Below are positions 16,428 to 25,900 of a stretch of 57,882 nt of DNA, piece by piece. The notes under the pieces are model-generated. The model had not been told where the DNA came from and did not search any database. It saw only the letters and a program-made list of their open reading frames with translations. Every line of letters starts with the position of its first letter. Position 1 is the first letter of the stretch. The stretch covers positions 1-57,882 of the IMG/VR virus record IMGVR_UViG_3300035670_000247; one strand, 5' to 3'. This DNA is from a virus (Duplodnaviria; Caudoviricetes). The position numbers and the translations under genes were made by a program.

Positions 16428-16456
16428 GTCCGGGGCAGATTGATTCCGCCCCGGAC
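16428..16456 (-). terminator. Hairpin downstream of the capsid gene
   Basis: GTCCGGGGC...GCCCCGGAC. Confidence 0.5.
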
Positions 16457-16477
16457 GACAGCGTATGCACTGCCAGC

Positions 16478-17506
16478 TTATGGATTGGCTGTGCAGGCAA
16501 CCTCCAGCCGGTATACCCAGAGCTGGTTCAGGATGCCGCCGCCCTGCCATGTCTTCCAGGAGACGAAGCCGCGCTGCGCCAGCTCGTCGCCGTGGGTTGG
16601 TTTGGGGTTGACCACTGCCGGGGTCACGGGCATGTAGCCCGTCTTTTTGTTCGCCTGCATCGGGCAAATTCCGTAGGCGTTTTTTGCCAGAATCACCAGC
16701 GGATACACGTCCGCGGCGGCGGCACCGCTCACAGCAACGCCGTTGCTCAGGTATGTGGTGCCTGACGCTCCGGCGGCCAGCCACGGCTCGAACTGGTTGG
16801 TCAGCACGAACCGGATGTCCTCGACTTTGCCGATTTCGGTCGGCAGCGCCTTCATGTGGTTCGAGTAATTCTCGACCGGGACAAACCCGGCAATATCGCG
16901 CAGATCGCTGGCCAGATCGGTATGCCCGATGGCGAAGTATGCCGCGCCGACAGGTTCAGTGCCGACATTTGCCGTGGCGGAGATGATCTTGCTGATCATT
17001 TCAGCCTTGTTGCGGCGCAGTGATCGGACGGCGACGCGCAGATCGCCAGCCGTCGCCGGGCTGTTGACCAGAGTACGCGACGCCACGCCTGCGGCATAGC
17101 CGACATTGGTCCCGCCCTTCAGGAAAAACAGCCGCAGAAGTTCAACCGTCTGCGCCATCTGTTCGCCGCACAGATCGATGCTCTCCTGGAGCACCGGGTC
17201 TTCGTGTGTGTCGAGAATCACATCGGACAGCTCGACCTTATCGCCGTACTGCTCCAGATTGATTGTCACATCTTCGTGCCGCAGCTTCTGTCCGGCTGGG
17301 GTCACACCCTCGGCCAGCGGAGCGATGGCCGGAGCCAGGCTCTTGTACCTGCGGTATTTGCGCACAGTGCTGTTGTTTGCCGGGTGTGGGTCACTCTGGC
17401 CGAAGCGCTCCGTAACCATATCTGGCTGGCCGCGCTGCAGCAGACGTTTTACCGCGTAACCTGCGGTTCTGTCGGAGATGTCTCCGTACTTGGTGGTGTT
17501 AGGCAT
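16478..17506 (-). CDS. Major capsid protein, N4-gp56 family
   Basis: YGDIS...LAEGVTPAGQ...LEQYG...EIGKVEDIRF...DVYP..I....AYG...DELAQRGFVSWK. Confidence 0.92.
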   Translation of the reverse strand: MPNTTKYGDISDRTAGYAVKRLLQRGQPDMVTERFGQSDPHPANNSTVRKYRRYKSLAPAIAPLAEGVTPAGQKLRHEDVTINLEQYGDKVELSDVILDTHEDPVLQESIDLCGEQMAQTVELLRLFFLKGGTNVGYAAGVASRTLVNSPATAGDLRVAVRSLRRNKAEMISKIISATANVGTEPVGAAYFAIGHTDLASDLRDIAGFVPVENYSNHMKALPTEIGKVEDIRFVLTNQFEPWLAAGASGTTYLSNGVAVSGAAAADVYPLVILAKNAYGICPMQANKKTGYMPVTPAVVNPKPTHGDELAQRGFVSWKTWQGGGILNQLWVYRLEVACTANP

Positions 17507-17507
17507 T

Positions 17508-17555
17508 GTGAGCCTCCTTGCAATGTTGGGGTTTCATCATTGCTCTGAGACTCAC
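17508..17555 (-). promoter_or_regulatory. mRNA hairpin sequestering the capsid Shine-Dalgarno
   Basis: GUGAGUCUC/GAGGCUCAC (9 bp) and GCAAUG/CAUUGC (6 bp) stems cover AAGGAGG. Confidence 0.7.
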
Positions 17556-17587
17556 TGGTCTTCCGGCAACATGCAAATAATGATTAA

Positions 17588-17878
17588 TTACAGCCGTGTC
17601 CATGGAACGGGGAGTCCGCACCGCGTACACTTCATTTCGATGGAGCTTCCCGCTCCGAGATCGCCCTTGGCAAGCATACGGTGGCAGTTGGGACACCGCA
17701 TTTCCCGGCGGGATACCGCTGCATCGCCGAGATTGAACACCTCCTTGCACTTCGGGCACTTGACCGACAGGGACGTGCCTTTTTTGATGTCGCCAAAGGC
17801 AAATTTCCACCGGCAATGAGGGCATCGGTGAATCCTGTCCCTGTCCACCAGAAACGCTCTGGACTGGTATTCAGGCAT
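17588..17878 (-). CDS. Tandem Com-like C4 zinc-ribbon protein
   Basis: RCPHC...VKCPKC and MRCPNCHRMLAK...IEMKCTRC resemble Mu Com. Confidence 0.75.
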   Translation of the reverse strand: MPEYQSRAFLVDRDRIHRCPHCRWKFAFGDIKKGTSLSVKCPKCKEVFNLGDAAVSRREMRCPNCHRMLAKGDLGAGSSIEMKCTRCGLPVPWTRL

Positions 17879-17903
17879 CCATTGCGTTTTGATTATTCTA
17901 GTT

Positions 17904-18842
17904 TTAATCGTCGTCTTCAATATCGAACCCTTCAAACAGGCTCTCGACTTCCGTTTTGCCGTTGTCATTATGACTGCGGCGCGGCGGCAGCCCGGTTTTG
18001 CGGCTGCTGTTGCCGTGCAGTTTTTGTTCGCGCCGGGCGCGGGTGCTGCTGTCTGAGCTTTGTCCGGTTTTGCGGCCGGCCTTGGCAATGAATGCGTTGA
18101 TCACCGCAATGCTGTCTGCCGGATTGCTGGACTCATCCAGCGCCTGAATGGCTTTAGGCTGTTGCTTCAGCCACTGCGAATATTCCGGCGACATCGCTAT
18201 GCGCCTGGCATTAGGCACACCTTCCACATAGCCGTTCTTGCCCACGTAGCCGTTGGTCACGTTATCCCAGAACGCTGTGTACTGCACCTGCTTCAGCAGC
18301 GTCTGCAGCGGCTGCTGAACGCTGGCTATGGCCTTCTGCATTGCAGCCCCTGCTATAGCGCGTGCATACGCGGTCTCTTCCGGCATTTCCTCTTCCAGCG
18401 CTTTCAGATCGATTGTCATGCCGTCTATATCGATGTTGCCTTCCGGCAGCAGGCGGGCAACGTCGGCGATCAGCGAGGCAATGTCCGTGTCGGCATCTTT
18501 CTCGTTCTCTTCGCCGCCGTCGTCGTCGCCGGTATCATCACCGTCGTCGCCTTCGGCATCTTCCTCATTATCTTTGCCGCCGTCGGTTTTGTCGCCAGCC
18601 AGATTCTGACCGCGTTTGAGCGCCTGGGAATAAGCGTCTCCGTCCGCATCTTCGTTTCCCGTGCCATCATCTTTATCTTCCTCGTAATTGTCAGCAGCGC
18701 CGTCATCGTCGCCGCTGTCATCTACGCTGTCGGGATCATCGGCATCGGGCTCGTCGAATCCGGCCTGGAATTCGCTCAGTTCCTCACTGTCCATGTTCTG
18801 CATTTCGGAAGAATGCTCTGGATTGTACATATCTCCGGCCAT
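17904..18842 (-). CDS. Scaffolding protein
   Basis: Very acidic N-terminus, SPEYSQWLKQQP motif; upstream of the capsid gene. Confidence 0.7.
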   Translation of the reverse strand: MAGDMYNPEHSSEMQNMDSEELSEFQAGFDEPDADDPDSVDDSGDDDGAADNYEEDKDDGTGNEDADGDAYSQALKRGQNLAGDKTDGGKDNEEDAEGDDGDDTGDDDGGEENEKDADTDIASLIADVARLLPEGNIDIDGMTIDLKALEEEMPEETAYARAIAGAAMQKAIASVQQPLQTLLKQVQYTAFWDNVTNGYVGKNGYVEGVPNARRIAMSPEYSQWLKQQPKAIQALDESSNPADSIAVINAFIAKAGRKTGQSSDSSTRARREQKLHGNSSRKTGLPPRRSHNDNGKTEVESLFEGFDIEDDD

Positions 18843-18871
18843 GTCTTCTCTCCTTGTTAATGATTAAATGC

Positions 18872-19762
18872 TTATGCCACGTCATCGAGACTGTTCAGTA
18901 CGGCATATACCAGGCGCACGCGCACCTCGCCGCCCGCCGTAAACTTCTCGGTCACGGCCGCACCTGCGTTATCCGCGGCTTTGACGGTGACGGTTTCTGC
19001 GCCCGCCAGGACAGCCCAGTCCGGGATGGTGTTGATCTTGGTGTTCTTAGCCAGGTCTGCGCTCAGCCCGTACTTGTCGGGGTCGGCGGTCACGCCGATA
19101 CCTACCTTGGTCAAGCCGTCATCGCCGCTGGCATCGCCGGTGACTGCGGTGGCAAGGTTTGCCTGGACTGACAGAATGACAGCCCCGGCAGGAACGGTTT
19201 CGGTCAGGTCCGTCTCGACCGCGTTGGTCAACGTGACGGTCTCGTCGATGACCTTGATTTCCAAACCTTCGGTCGCGGTCGCGCCTAGACGCAGCGCCAC
19301 GGCGGCCGCTGCCGCACCGGCGGTAATCGTGTTTGCCGCGGCGATGCTTTGACCGCCCTTGCTGTGCAGCAGATCCGCATCGGCGGCACCGGGATCGGGA
19401 ATTCCGATAACCGTCGCCTGGCCCATTGCCTCGGCTTTGAGGGCGACCGTCGTGTCGCCGGTCTGGTTTTCGCAGGTAATCGCCAGCTTGCCTTTGCTGG
19501 CCGTGCTCGGGAACACGTCAACTGAACCCGCTGTGCCGGACGCTCCGGCATCGATATTCTGTGCGCCTAAATTGCGAAATGCGCTGATGTCTTTATTGGC
19601 ATCAGCAATCACCACCTTGTTTGCCGCAACTGTACCGGCGGTGGCGCCGTCAAGTTTGGCGGCCTCTTCCCGCAGCGCGTCAAGGCTTACGCCTTTGATT
19701 GTCAGGCCATTTTTGAATTCATGATTTCCGTGATGCGTGACATGAGTGCGATAATCATTCAT
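18872..19762 (-). CDS. Head fibre/decoration-like protein
   Basis: Ala/Gly/Thr-rich; LDGATAGTVAANKVVIADANKD; C-terminal beta-sandwich ending GEVRVRLVY. Confidence 0.6.
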   Translation of the reverse strand: MNDYRTHVTHHGNHEFKNGLTIKGVSLDALREEAAKLDGATAGTVAANKVVIADANKDISAFRNLGAQNIDAGASGTAGSVDVFPSTASKGKLAITCENQTGDTTVALKAEAMGQATVIGIPDPGAADADLLHSKGGQSIAAANTITAGAAAAAVALRLGATATEGLEIKVIDETVTLTNAVETDLTETVPAGAVILSVQANLATAVTGDASGDDGLTKVGIGVTADPDKYGLSADLAKNTKINTIPDWAVLAGAETVTVKAADNAGAAVTEKFTAGGEVRVRLVYAVLNSLDDVA

Positions 19763-20019
19763 TTCTCTTTTCCTTTTTGTTTTGCAGCTTCGATCAGCCT
19801 GTCAAGAAATTTGAGGCTTTCGATTTGAATACTCAAAGAGAAAACCGCATCTCTCGATTGCGGCGTAACATCATCCAGCAGTTCAGAGCGTTCCCGGCAT
19901 AGCAATTCGCCTTGCCGATGAAACGCCCGCTGGATTATTTGGACCGCCGCAAGTGATTCTGCGCTTGCTGCCAGGTGCATATCATCCGCGGCTATCAGTT
20001 TGTCGATATTCATGTGCAT
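19759..20019 (-). CDS. Small post-portal protein
   Basis: Position and helical 86-aa size. Confidence 0.6.
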   Translation of the reverse strand: MHMNIDKLIAADDMHLAASAESLAAVQIIQRAFHRQGELLCRERSELLDDVTPQSRDAVFSLSIQIESLKFLDRLIEAAKQKGKEK

Positions 20020-20025
20020 GATTAC

Positions 20026-20068
20026 ACCCTATCGTATCAGATCATTTTCGTCAGGGACATTTTTTTCA
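20026..20068 (-). promoter_or_regulatory. Late promoter: 17-bp box plus -10 (inside the portal 3' end)
   Basis: TGAAAAAAATGTCCCTG-N20-TAGGGT. Confidence 0.75.
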
Positions 20069-21993
20069 GCCGATTGTCTGCCCTTCTGCATTGACCTGAT
20101 TTTGGAGGCGATCTCGGCTCGGTCCAGCTTCAGTTTCTCGAATTCCAGTTCGAGCTTGCGCTGTTCCATTTCGATTTTAGCGCGGGTCGCTTCGGCTTCG
20201 GCTTTGGCTTTCTCTGCCTCGGCCTGAGCTGTCTGCAGTTCCAGCTGCCGTACAGGATCGCTGGCTCGCGCTTCGTCCCGCGCCTGCTTCTCATCGGCTG
20301 TCAAGAGCACGCTGTTCTCGCTGAATCCGTGCGCCTTCGCTATCTGTTCTGCCAGCGGCCGCCAGTCAATTTCATCCGCGAGCTGCGGACTGCTCGACAT
20401 CGCCTGTATAAACTGATTGATCTTGGTAATCAGCAACACGCGGTCCTGATACAGCGAATATCCTATCGGTGTGACGTTCCAGTCGCCTTTGGCCGGGCTG
20501 TTCGGATCGAGCATGTTGTACCGGTAGAAGTCGGCGACTATTGGTTCGGTGAGCATCTCGTCAATATTCCGCACCACCTTGGCCAGGTATTTGGCTCCTT
20601 TATCCGCCATCTGCGCGGCCTGGTACGCGGTCTGCACGTCCTGCCCGCTGGGGTTGACACCGTGGACGATATTAGGAATCAGGCTGGTCTCCTCCAGATA
20701 CCTGTCAGAATAATTCAGCAGAGAGATCAGACTGTCGCCGACATCCGTCACAACAAACTGCTGCATGGCCTGGCGGATGTCTTTACAGCTGTCCTCCAGC
20801 TCCATGGCCACACCGGGTTTGAATTTGCCGTCCCAGCCAGCCGGCATGTATCGTTTGACGGCGGCAAACATGACATTGCCGGACAGCTTCTTATTATCCT
20901 CGAACGCCCGCCAGCCGCCGTTGATCACCCGCTGCATATCCTGCACCGCGTCGGCCACCCCGTGCGCATCAATGCTGTCGATTGACTCTTCCCACTCCAG
21001 TCTGTAGTAAGGCCGGTCTTCCGGCTCGGTCAGAAACAGGCGAATGATACAGTTGTCAACCATGACGGCGTGGACCTCAATGTCATCGCCGTCGTCCTGT
21101 TCGTTTCGTTCGAGGTCAATCCCTGCGGATTTCCGTTCGTCCATAAACCGCCGGACGTACTCCCGTGGCACACGTCCCCAGAACTCTATGCGTTCAATGG
21201 AGCTTTCGCGTTCGGCCAGGTCGCGGTCTGTCGGTTTCCCGGTGGTGTTGCGTAATTTGGTTTTATCTGTGCGGTCATAGTCTTTCAGCAGACGGTCGAT
21301 GTCTTCTTTGAAATAGCCGTCCTCGTTGCGGAGCTGGCGCAGGCTGAATTTGCTGATCAGGCTAATTTCACATATCCCGGCGGAGTCGGTCAGATTATCT
21401 GTCTCCAGATCGCGGTATATGTCCCAGGTGCTGACCCACGCCAGGCCAGGGGCCCATTCCGATATTGAGTATTCCTCCCACTGGTCACTGTCTGGCACAG
21501 ATTTCCGCCAGCCGCCGCGGCGGATCTCGTGCATGTACCTCTTGCCGTAGCCCTCACCGTAGATTGCCGCGCTCAGAATGATTCTGGCATATTGCCGGTC
21601 GGCATGACAGGCCAGCATCTGCCTTTGAATGTTAGCCTTCATTTTTGCGCGGGCGTCGCGATTCACAGCCTGCATTGGTTCCGGGAGCTGTTCCTGTTCG
21701 ATGTCGGCCATAGGATTGTTGACCAGATCAAATGGAATACCGCCGCCGCTAAGCTCCATGTCCACTACGAGCGAAACCGCAGCCATGACTTTCATGCGAG
21801 TTACTTGGATAAATGTGTCGCTCCGCCATGCCTCGCCTTCTTCGGTTTTCCACTTTCTGTGTTCAGTATCATTGGCGCGGAAATAGTCAATGTTGAGGTT
21901 CCACTTGCTCTCCAGCGGCTGGCGGTTGTTGCGCCATGTCTGGCATTTCTCGCGGATAAATTCGGCAAGGCTTGTGGTCGGATTGTCCGGCAT
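20029..21993 (-). CDS. Portal protein
   Basis: 654 aa after the terminase; AIYGEGYGK, IEFWG, GVAD...DMQ..IN...R...DN; C-terminal coiled coil. Confidence 0.88.
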   Translation of the reverse strand: MPDNPTTSLAEFIREKCQTWRNNRQPLESKWNLNIDYFRANDTEHRKWKTEEGEAWRSDTFIQVTRMKVMAAVSLVVDMELSGGGIPFDLVNNPMADIEQEQLPEPMQAVNRDARAKMKANIQRQMLACHADRQYARIILSAAIYGEGYGKRYMHEIRRGGWRKSVPDSDQWEEYSISEWAPGLAWVSTWDIYRDLETDNLTDSAGICEISLISKFSLRQLRNEDGYFKEDIDRLLKDYDRTDKTKLRNTTGKPTDRDLAERESSIERIEFWGRVPREYVRRFMDERKSAGIDLERNEQDDGDDIEVHAVMVDNCIIRLFLTEPEDRPYYRLEWEESIDSIDAHGVADAVQDMQRVINGGWRAFEDNKKLSGNVMFAAVKRYMPAGWDGKFKPGVAMELEDSCKDIRQAMQQFVVTDVGDSLISLLNYSDRYLEETSLIPNIVHGVNPSGQDVQTAYQAAQMADKGAKYLAKVVRNIDEMLTEPIVADFYRYNMLDPNSPAKGDWNVTPIGYSLYQDRVLLITKINQFIQAMSSSPQLADEIDWRPLAEQIAKAHGFSENSVLLTADEKQARDEARASDPVRQLELQTAQAEAEKAKAEAEATRAKIEMEQRKLELEFEKLKLDRAEIASKIRSMQKGRQSAEKNVPDENDLIR

Positions 21994-22023
21994 GTTTTCG
22001 CTCTCCGGTGTTTTTTTTTACGT

Positions 22024-22066
22024 ACAATCGCACCGGTTCATGCAGTTGGCAGGGACATTTTTTTCA
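22024..22066 (-). promoter_or_regulatory. Late promoter: 17-bp box plus -10
   Basis: TGAAAAAAATGTCCCTG-N20-GATTGT. Confidence 0.8.
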
Positions 22067-22672
22067 GCCGAGCGTAGCAACTGCGGCAATCAGGCACAGC
22101 AGAGCGTGTACTGCAGGCAGCAGAGCGGCATCGCCTGACACGTCGAAATCGCGCAGCTGGTCATGCACCATGCTGTCGCGGCGGTATTTCAGGCGGCCTG
22201 TACTGAGCATCAGGCGCAGCGCATTGACCGCATCGGCGGCGTGTATGTCAGGGATTAGGAATATTGGTTTCGGATTGATGAGAGCGCAGCGGTATGTCTC
22301 CAGTTCAAACGGTTCATGGATCGGATCACTCTGGTCGTAATAATACCGCCTGCACAGCCAGTTTGCATATACCCGGTTGAAGAACTCGCAGCATCCGGCG
22401 TATTCAATGTGATTGGTGCCAGGCTTGGTGATATGCGCCACACTGAGAAAGGTTTCCTGCCCGGTGATATACAGTATGCGTGTCGTAGTCTCGCAAATTG
22501 CCGACAGCACGACACCCGCCCGGGATGTGTAGCCGATTCCCGCCGACGGCCAGCACACGCCTCCGGCTGGGTAATAGTCGCCGGTGGGAATGGGATGGTC
22601 TTTCGGGAATACATAATGACCCGTGCGCTGGTCTGGGTTGACGTTTACGTTGCTCGGCGGCTGCATCTGCAT
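22064..22672 (-). CDS. Hypothetical protein, possibly a degenerate terminase-nuclease-like fold
   Basis: Lies between TerL and portal; GGVCWP...YYYDQSDP. Confidence 0.5.
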   Translation of the reverse strand: MQMQPPSNVNVNPDQRTGHYVFPKDHPIPTGDYYPAGGVCWPSAGIGYTSRAGVVLSAICETTTRILYITGQETFLSVAHITKPGTNHIEYAGCCEFFNRVYANWLCRRYYYDQSDPIHEPFELETYRCALINPKPIFLIPDIHAADAVNALRLMLSTGRLKYRRDSMVHDQLRDFDVSGDAALLPAVHALLCLIAAVATLG

Positions 22673-22673
22673 G

Positions 22674-24116
22674 TCAAATGGCTCCTTTGTCCGCGTAGGC
22701 GGCTACAATCCCTGTATTTTGCATTCCGGCTGAATCCGGCGGCAGCGAGCCGTCTGTCATCCCTTGTACCCACTTGAGCGGCCTCGTCATAAACATCAGT
22801 GCCGCCTCGTCGTAGATATGATCTTCGAGCTTCTTGTCAACATCTTCCGGCTTGTTCGGGTCGCTCTGCAGCAGGGGGATGGTGCGGATAAAATCGGCGC
22901 AGCAGTCGTACACCTGCAGCATTGGCGTTCCAATCCGGTTTTTGCGGTCATCTCTTGGGACGCGCAGGCGGGCGTGGAATTGTCTGATCTTCATTACGCG
23001 GTCGGGATTGCCCTGCTGCAGCGTGATTCCGTGCCTGGCAAATGTCGCAGCGGTGCTGGGACTCTGCCCGCCATGCACATAATCCGGCTTTTTCGCCCAT
23101 GCGTCCGGGGGGGCTATGCGGATTACCGGGCGGTCAATTCCGAGCGATTGTTCCTTGGCCGCGATCTCTTCTGCAATCTCGTCGTCGCCCTGGCGCAGCC
23201 CGGTATCGGGCTGGTTGGGCATACATCCATAAAGCTCGGCGAAACGATAGGCGCGGCCGTCCTCGTCGAACCACCACCAGCCGACGCTGTACGGGCGGGC
23301 AAACCCGAGATCGAGCGTCATATACAGCGGCGCAGTGTCCGGGATCGGGATTGGTTTGATAACATGATCCTTGCTGTTGAACTCAAACATCTGGCCAAGG
23401 AAAATATTCCAGTCGCCGTCCATATACGCGGTGCGGTACGGTTCCGGCAGCGCGTTCAGACGATTGATGTAATTGGGGTCGCGCTCCAGCAGGATCGGGT
23501 TATCCTGAAGCCGGCCGGGGATATACTGCCGCAGCATTCCGCCTTCATCGTCGGGGGCGCGTTTGCATTGATACGGCTTGGCGGTATCGATCCAGCGCCG
23601 CTTCACCCATGCGTGGCCGACGCCGCCTGGGTTGGAGCTTGTGTAGATGCCGGGGATTTTATGCTGAAATTGCGGCGGAATATCGAGCGTTGTCCGTGTT
23701 CTGCCGCGCAGATAATCATAGATGAATTCGGAAAAGGTCGTCAGCTCATCGATGGCCAGAATATGGATTTCAGCGCCCTGATATGAGAATACATCCTTTT
23801 CGTATTGACAATAGCCAAAGAAAATGATTGAGCCGTTATGCAGGTGCCACCGGTTCTTGTCCGATCGGTAGCGGCCTATGTCGCGGGGAAACTGCTGCAG
23901 TGACGGCAGGATATGGTTCTTCTCCAGCTCCGGCAGCGTCCGCCGAAAGATGTACGCCTGCAACCCCGGAATCAGCAGCGCCCATTTCAACACCTCGAAC
24001 CGCAGCGCATGACTCTTGCCCGGACCCGCCGCGCCGCCGAACAGTACCTCATTCGCCGGGCTGGCATGAAGCTCCTGCTGCTTTGGCTGCGGCGTATAGT
24101 CCAGTTCGATGTTCAT
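22674..24116 (-). CDS. terL: Terminase large subunit
   Basis: Walker A GGAAGPGKS, Walker B ILAIDE, SSNPGG, nuclease motifs DLGF and EDHIYDE. Confidence 0.95.
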   Translation of the reverse strand: MNIELDYTPQPKQQELHASPANEVLFGGAAGPGKSHALRFEVLKWALLIPGLQAYIFRRTLPELEKNHILPSLQQFPRDIGRYRSDKNRWHLHNGSIIFFGYCQYEKDVFSYQGAEIHILAIDELTTFSEFIYDYLRGRTRTTLDIPPQFQHKIPGIYTSSNPGGVGHAWVKRRWIDTAKPYQCKRAPDDEGGMLRQYIPGRLQDNPILLERDPNYINRLNALPEPYRTAYMDGDWNIFLGQMFEFNSKDHVIKPIPIPDTAPLYMTLDLGFARPYSVGWWWFDEDGRAYRFAELYGCMPNQPDTGLRQGDDEIAEEIAAKEQSLGIDRPVIRIAPPDAWAKKPDYVHGGQSPSTAATFARHGITLQQGNPDRVMKIRQFHARLRVPRDDRKNRIGTPMLQVYDCCADFIRTIPLLQSDPNKPEDVDKKLEDHIYDEAALMFMTRPLKWVQGMTDGSLPPDSAGMQNTGIVAAYADKGAI

Positions 24117-24562
24117 TCGGCATCAGCTCGCTTGTCTGGATTGATAACGCGAAACCTCCCCTTCTTGTCTTCCAGCTGTTCAACAATATCGCCCGGCTCA
24201 CAGTGCAGCGTTTCATATTTTTCATTTTCGAACATGATCATGCCGGGTTTCCCCGTTATTTCTATGTCATCCGTAGCACTTGGGGCACCATGTGTCTTCA
24301 GCCATTTTATCATTGCATCAGCCTGGCGTGGTTCGTATGCCATGAAATATGTAACGTTGAGTGTTTTCGCGGTCGGGTTGATCTTGGTTTTAGGTTCATC
24401 GGCTTTGTTCTTGATCGCGGTCAAAATTTCATCGGCTCTGCACCATGCTTCAGTGAGAGCATCGTGAAAGTCTGTAGCGTGAGGCATCTTGCAACCCTGG
24501 GCAAAAAGCCGTTCAATGTGGCGATTGGCTTCTTTGTAGGCTTCGATAAGTAGTTCGTTCAT
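24113..24562 (-). CDS. Hypothetical protein
   Basis: ATGA-coupled to terL. Confidence 0.6.
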   Translation of the reverse strand: MNELLIEAYKEANRHIERLFAQGCKMPHATDFHDALTEAWCRADEILTAIKNKADEPKTKINPTAKTLNVTYFMAYEPRQADAMIKWLKTHGAPSATDDIEITGKPGMIMFENEKYETLHCEPGDIVEQLEDKKGRFRVINPDKRADAE

Positions 24563-24627
24563 GCTGGGATTACCTCGTCATTGAACAATGGAACCACGCG
24601 ACCGTGGATCACTGTTCGGTTGTTGGG

Positions 24628-24777
24628 TTACTTAGATTGAACAACCCCAGTTCCATTGCATTTCTTGCAAATCCCGACAAATTCCTCGAACGGTGGCGTG
24701 TATTCGCATTGCTTGCATTTGCCAGTCCCGTTACAATTGTCGCACATTTCCACCTTGATTTTTACATTGATTTCCAT
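24628..24777 (-). CDS. Small DnaJ-type zinc-finger protein
   Basis: CDNCNGTG...CKKCNGTG. Confidence 0.6.
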   Translation of the reverse strand: MEINVKIKVEMCDNCNGTGKCKQCEYTPPFEEFVGICKKCNGTGVVQSK

Positions 24778-25007
24778 ATCTTTTTCTTTTGTTAAAACCC
24801 AACAAGCCAAATCGAGCCTACTTGCTATTGCTGCGAGGCTCATTTGCAGCGTTGTAGTGGTCGTTCTTCTGGCACGCGAACACAACCAGGCTTATGTCTG
24901 GTCCGACATGCTTCAGCACCTTTCCCCTCGCACCGCTGAACGGCTTGAACCCGTCGCGGCAGTCGCAGCGGACGTAGCTGTCCAGCGGTGGAGGGGAGGG
25001 CATTTGC

Positions 25008-25805
25008 TCAACCTGCTGCGGCATTGTCCCTGCCGTCCTCTGGAGAAAGGCCGTTGGTGGCCCATTGCAGGACGAATCCCATGGCAAACCACAGAGAACT
25101 CTTGATTCGTTCGTAGCCAACCTTCTTCCCGATCTCCTCGTCGTAGTTGTCGGGATCGACGCAACTGCTGGCTTCATGCTGCACGAATCCGGTTTGGGTC
25201 GTCACCGACACGAGGGCGGTTTTGGGGTCGATGCGCTGCAATGTCGGGCGCCCGGCAAAGCGTTCGACATCGGCTTCCGTGATTCTGTTCGGGTTTTCAA
25301 GCCGGAAGTACGCCGCTTCGAACACATTATTGGGCGACCACGATTCATAGCCGTCCGGGTATTTGACCAGGTATCCCATGCGCTCGTGCTGAGGCGACGG
25401 GATGTTGTGAGTGCTCCAGTATGCTCTTACGGTATTGACGAAAATGCTGTCCTTCTTTTTCTGTTCGCCCGGCAGTTGGTCATACGGAACCATGCACGGG
25501 TGTTCCTTTTTCTCCGGATCCTTGACCGGCCCGTACTTCCATCCGGTTTCCTGCTTGTGACGCAGCCAGTTTTCGTGACTCTGCACGGGGGAGTTGTTTC
25601 CATGCACAACCATGGAAACCCCGTCGATTACGCTGGCTTTCTGCCATTCGGGAGCCTCGTCCCATGGCGGCTGGCTGTCGTCGCCGATGCTCTGGCAATA
25701 CTCGCGGTTGGCTTCGTGGGCCGCCTTTGCCGCCTGGGCAATGTGAAAACCCAACTCCCCGCACGGAGTTGCTTCGATCAACTTTACACCGATGTACTTG
25801 TCCAT
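25008..25805 (-). CDS. Fusion protein: KYIG..K/SWSP domain with inserted RyR domain, plus Gp49-family C-terminus
   Basis: RyR: HENW...GWKYG..KD..KKEHPCMVPYDQL..EQKKKD. Gp49-like: SSCVDPDNYDEEIG...LW..MGF.LQ. Confidence 0.8.
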   Translation of the reverse strand: MDKYIGVKLIEATPCGELGFHIAQAAKAAHEANREYCQSIGDDSQPPWDEAPEWQKASVIDGVSMVVHGNNSPVQSHENWLRHKQETGWKYGPVKDPEKKEHPCMVPYDQLPGEQKKKDSIFVNTVRAYWSTHNIPSPQHERMGYLVKYPDGYESWSPNNVFEAAYFRLENPNRITEADVERFAGRPTLQRIDPKTALVSVTTQTGFVQHEASSCVDPDNYDEEIGKKVGYERIKSSLWFAMGFVLQWATNGLSPEDGRDNAAAG

Positions 25806-25900
25806 TTTTACTTGTCCTTTATTTGTTTTGTTGAAGCAGTGCCGTTCTGTGCATTGCGTGGTGGCAGGTCGTTTATTGAAAACCGTGGGTTGCTCATCTC

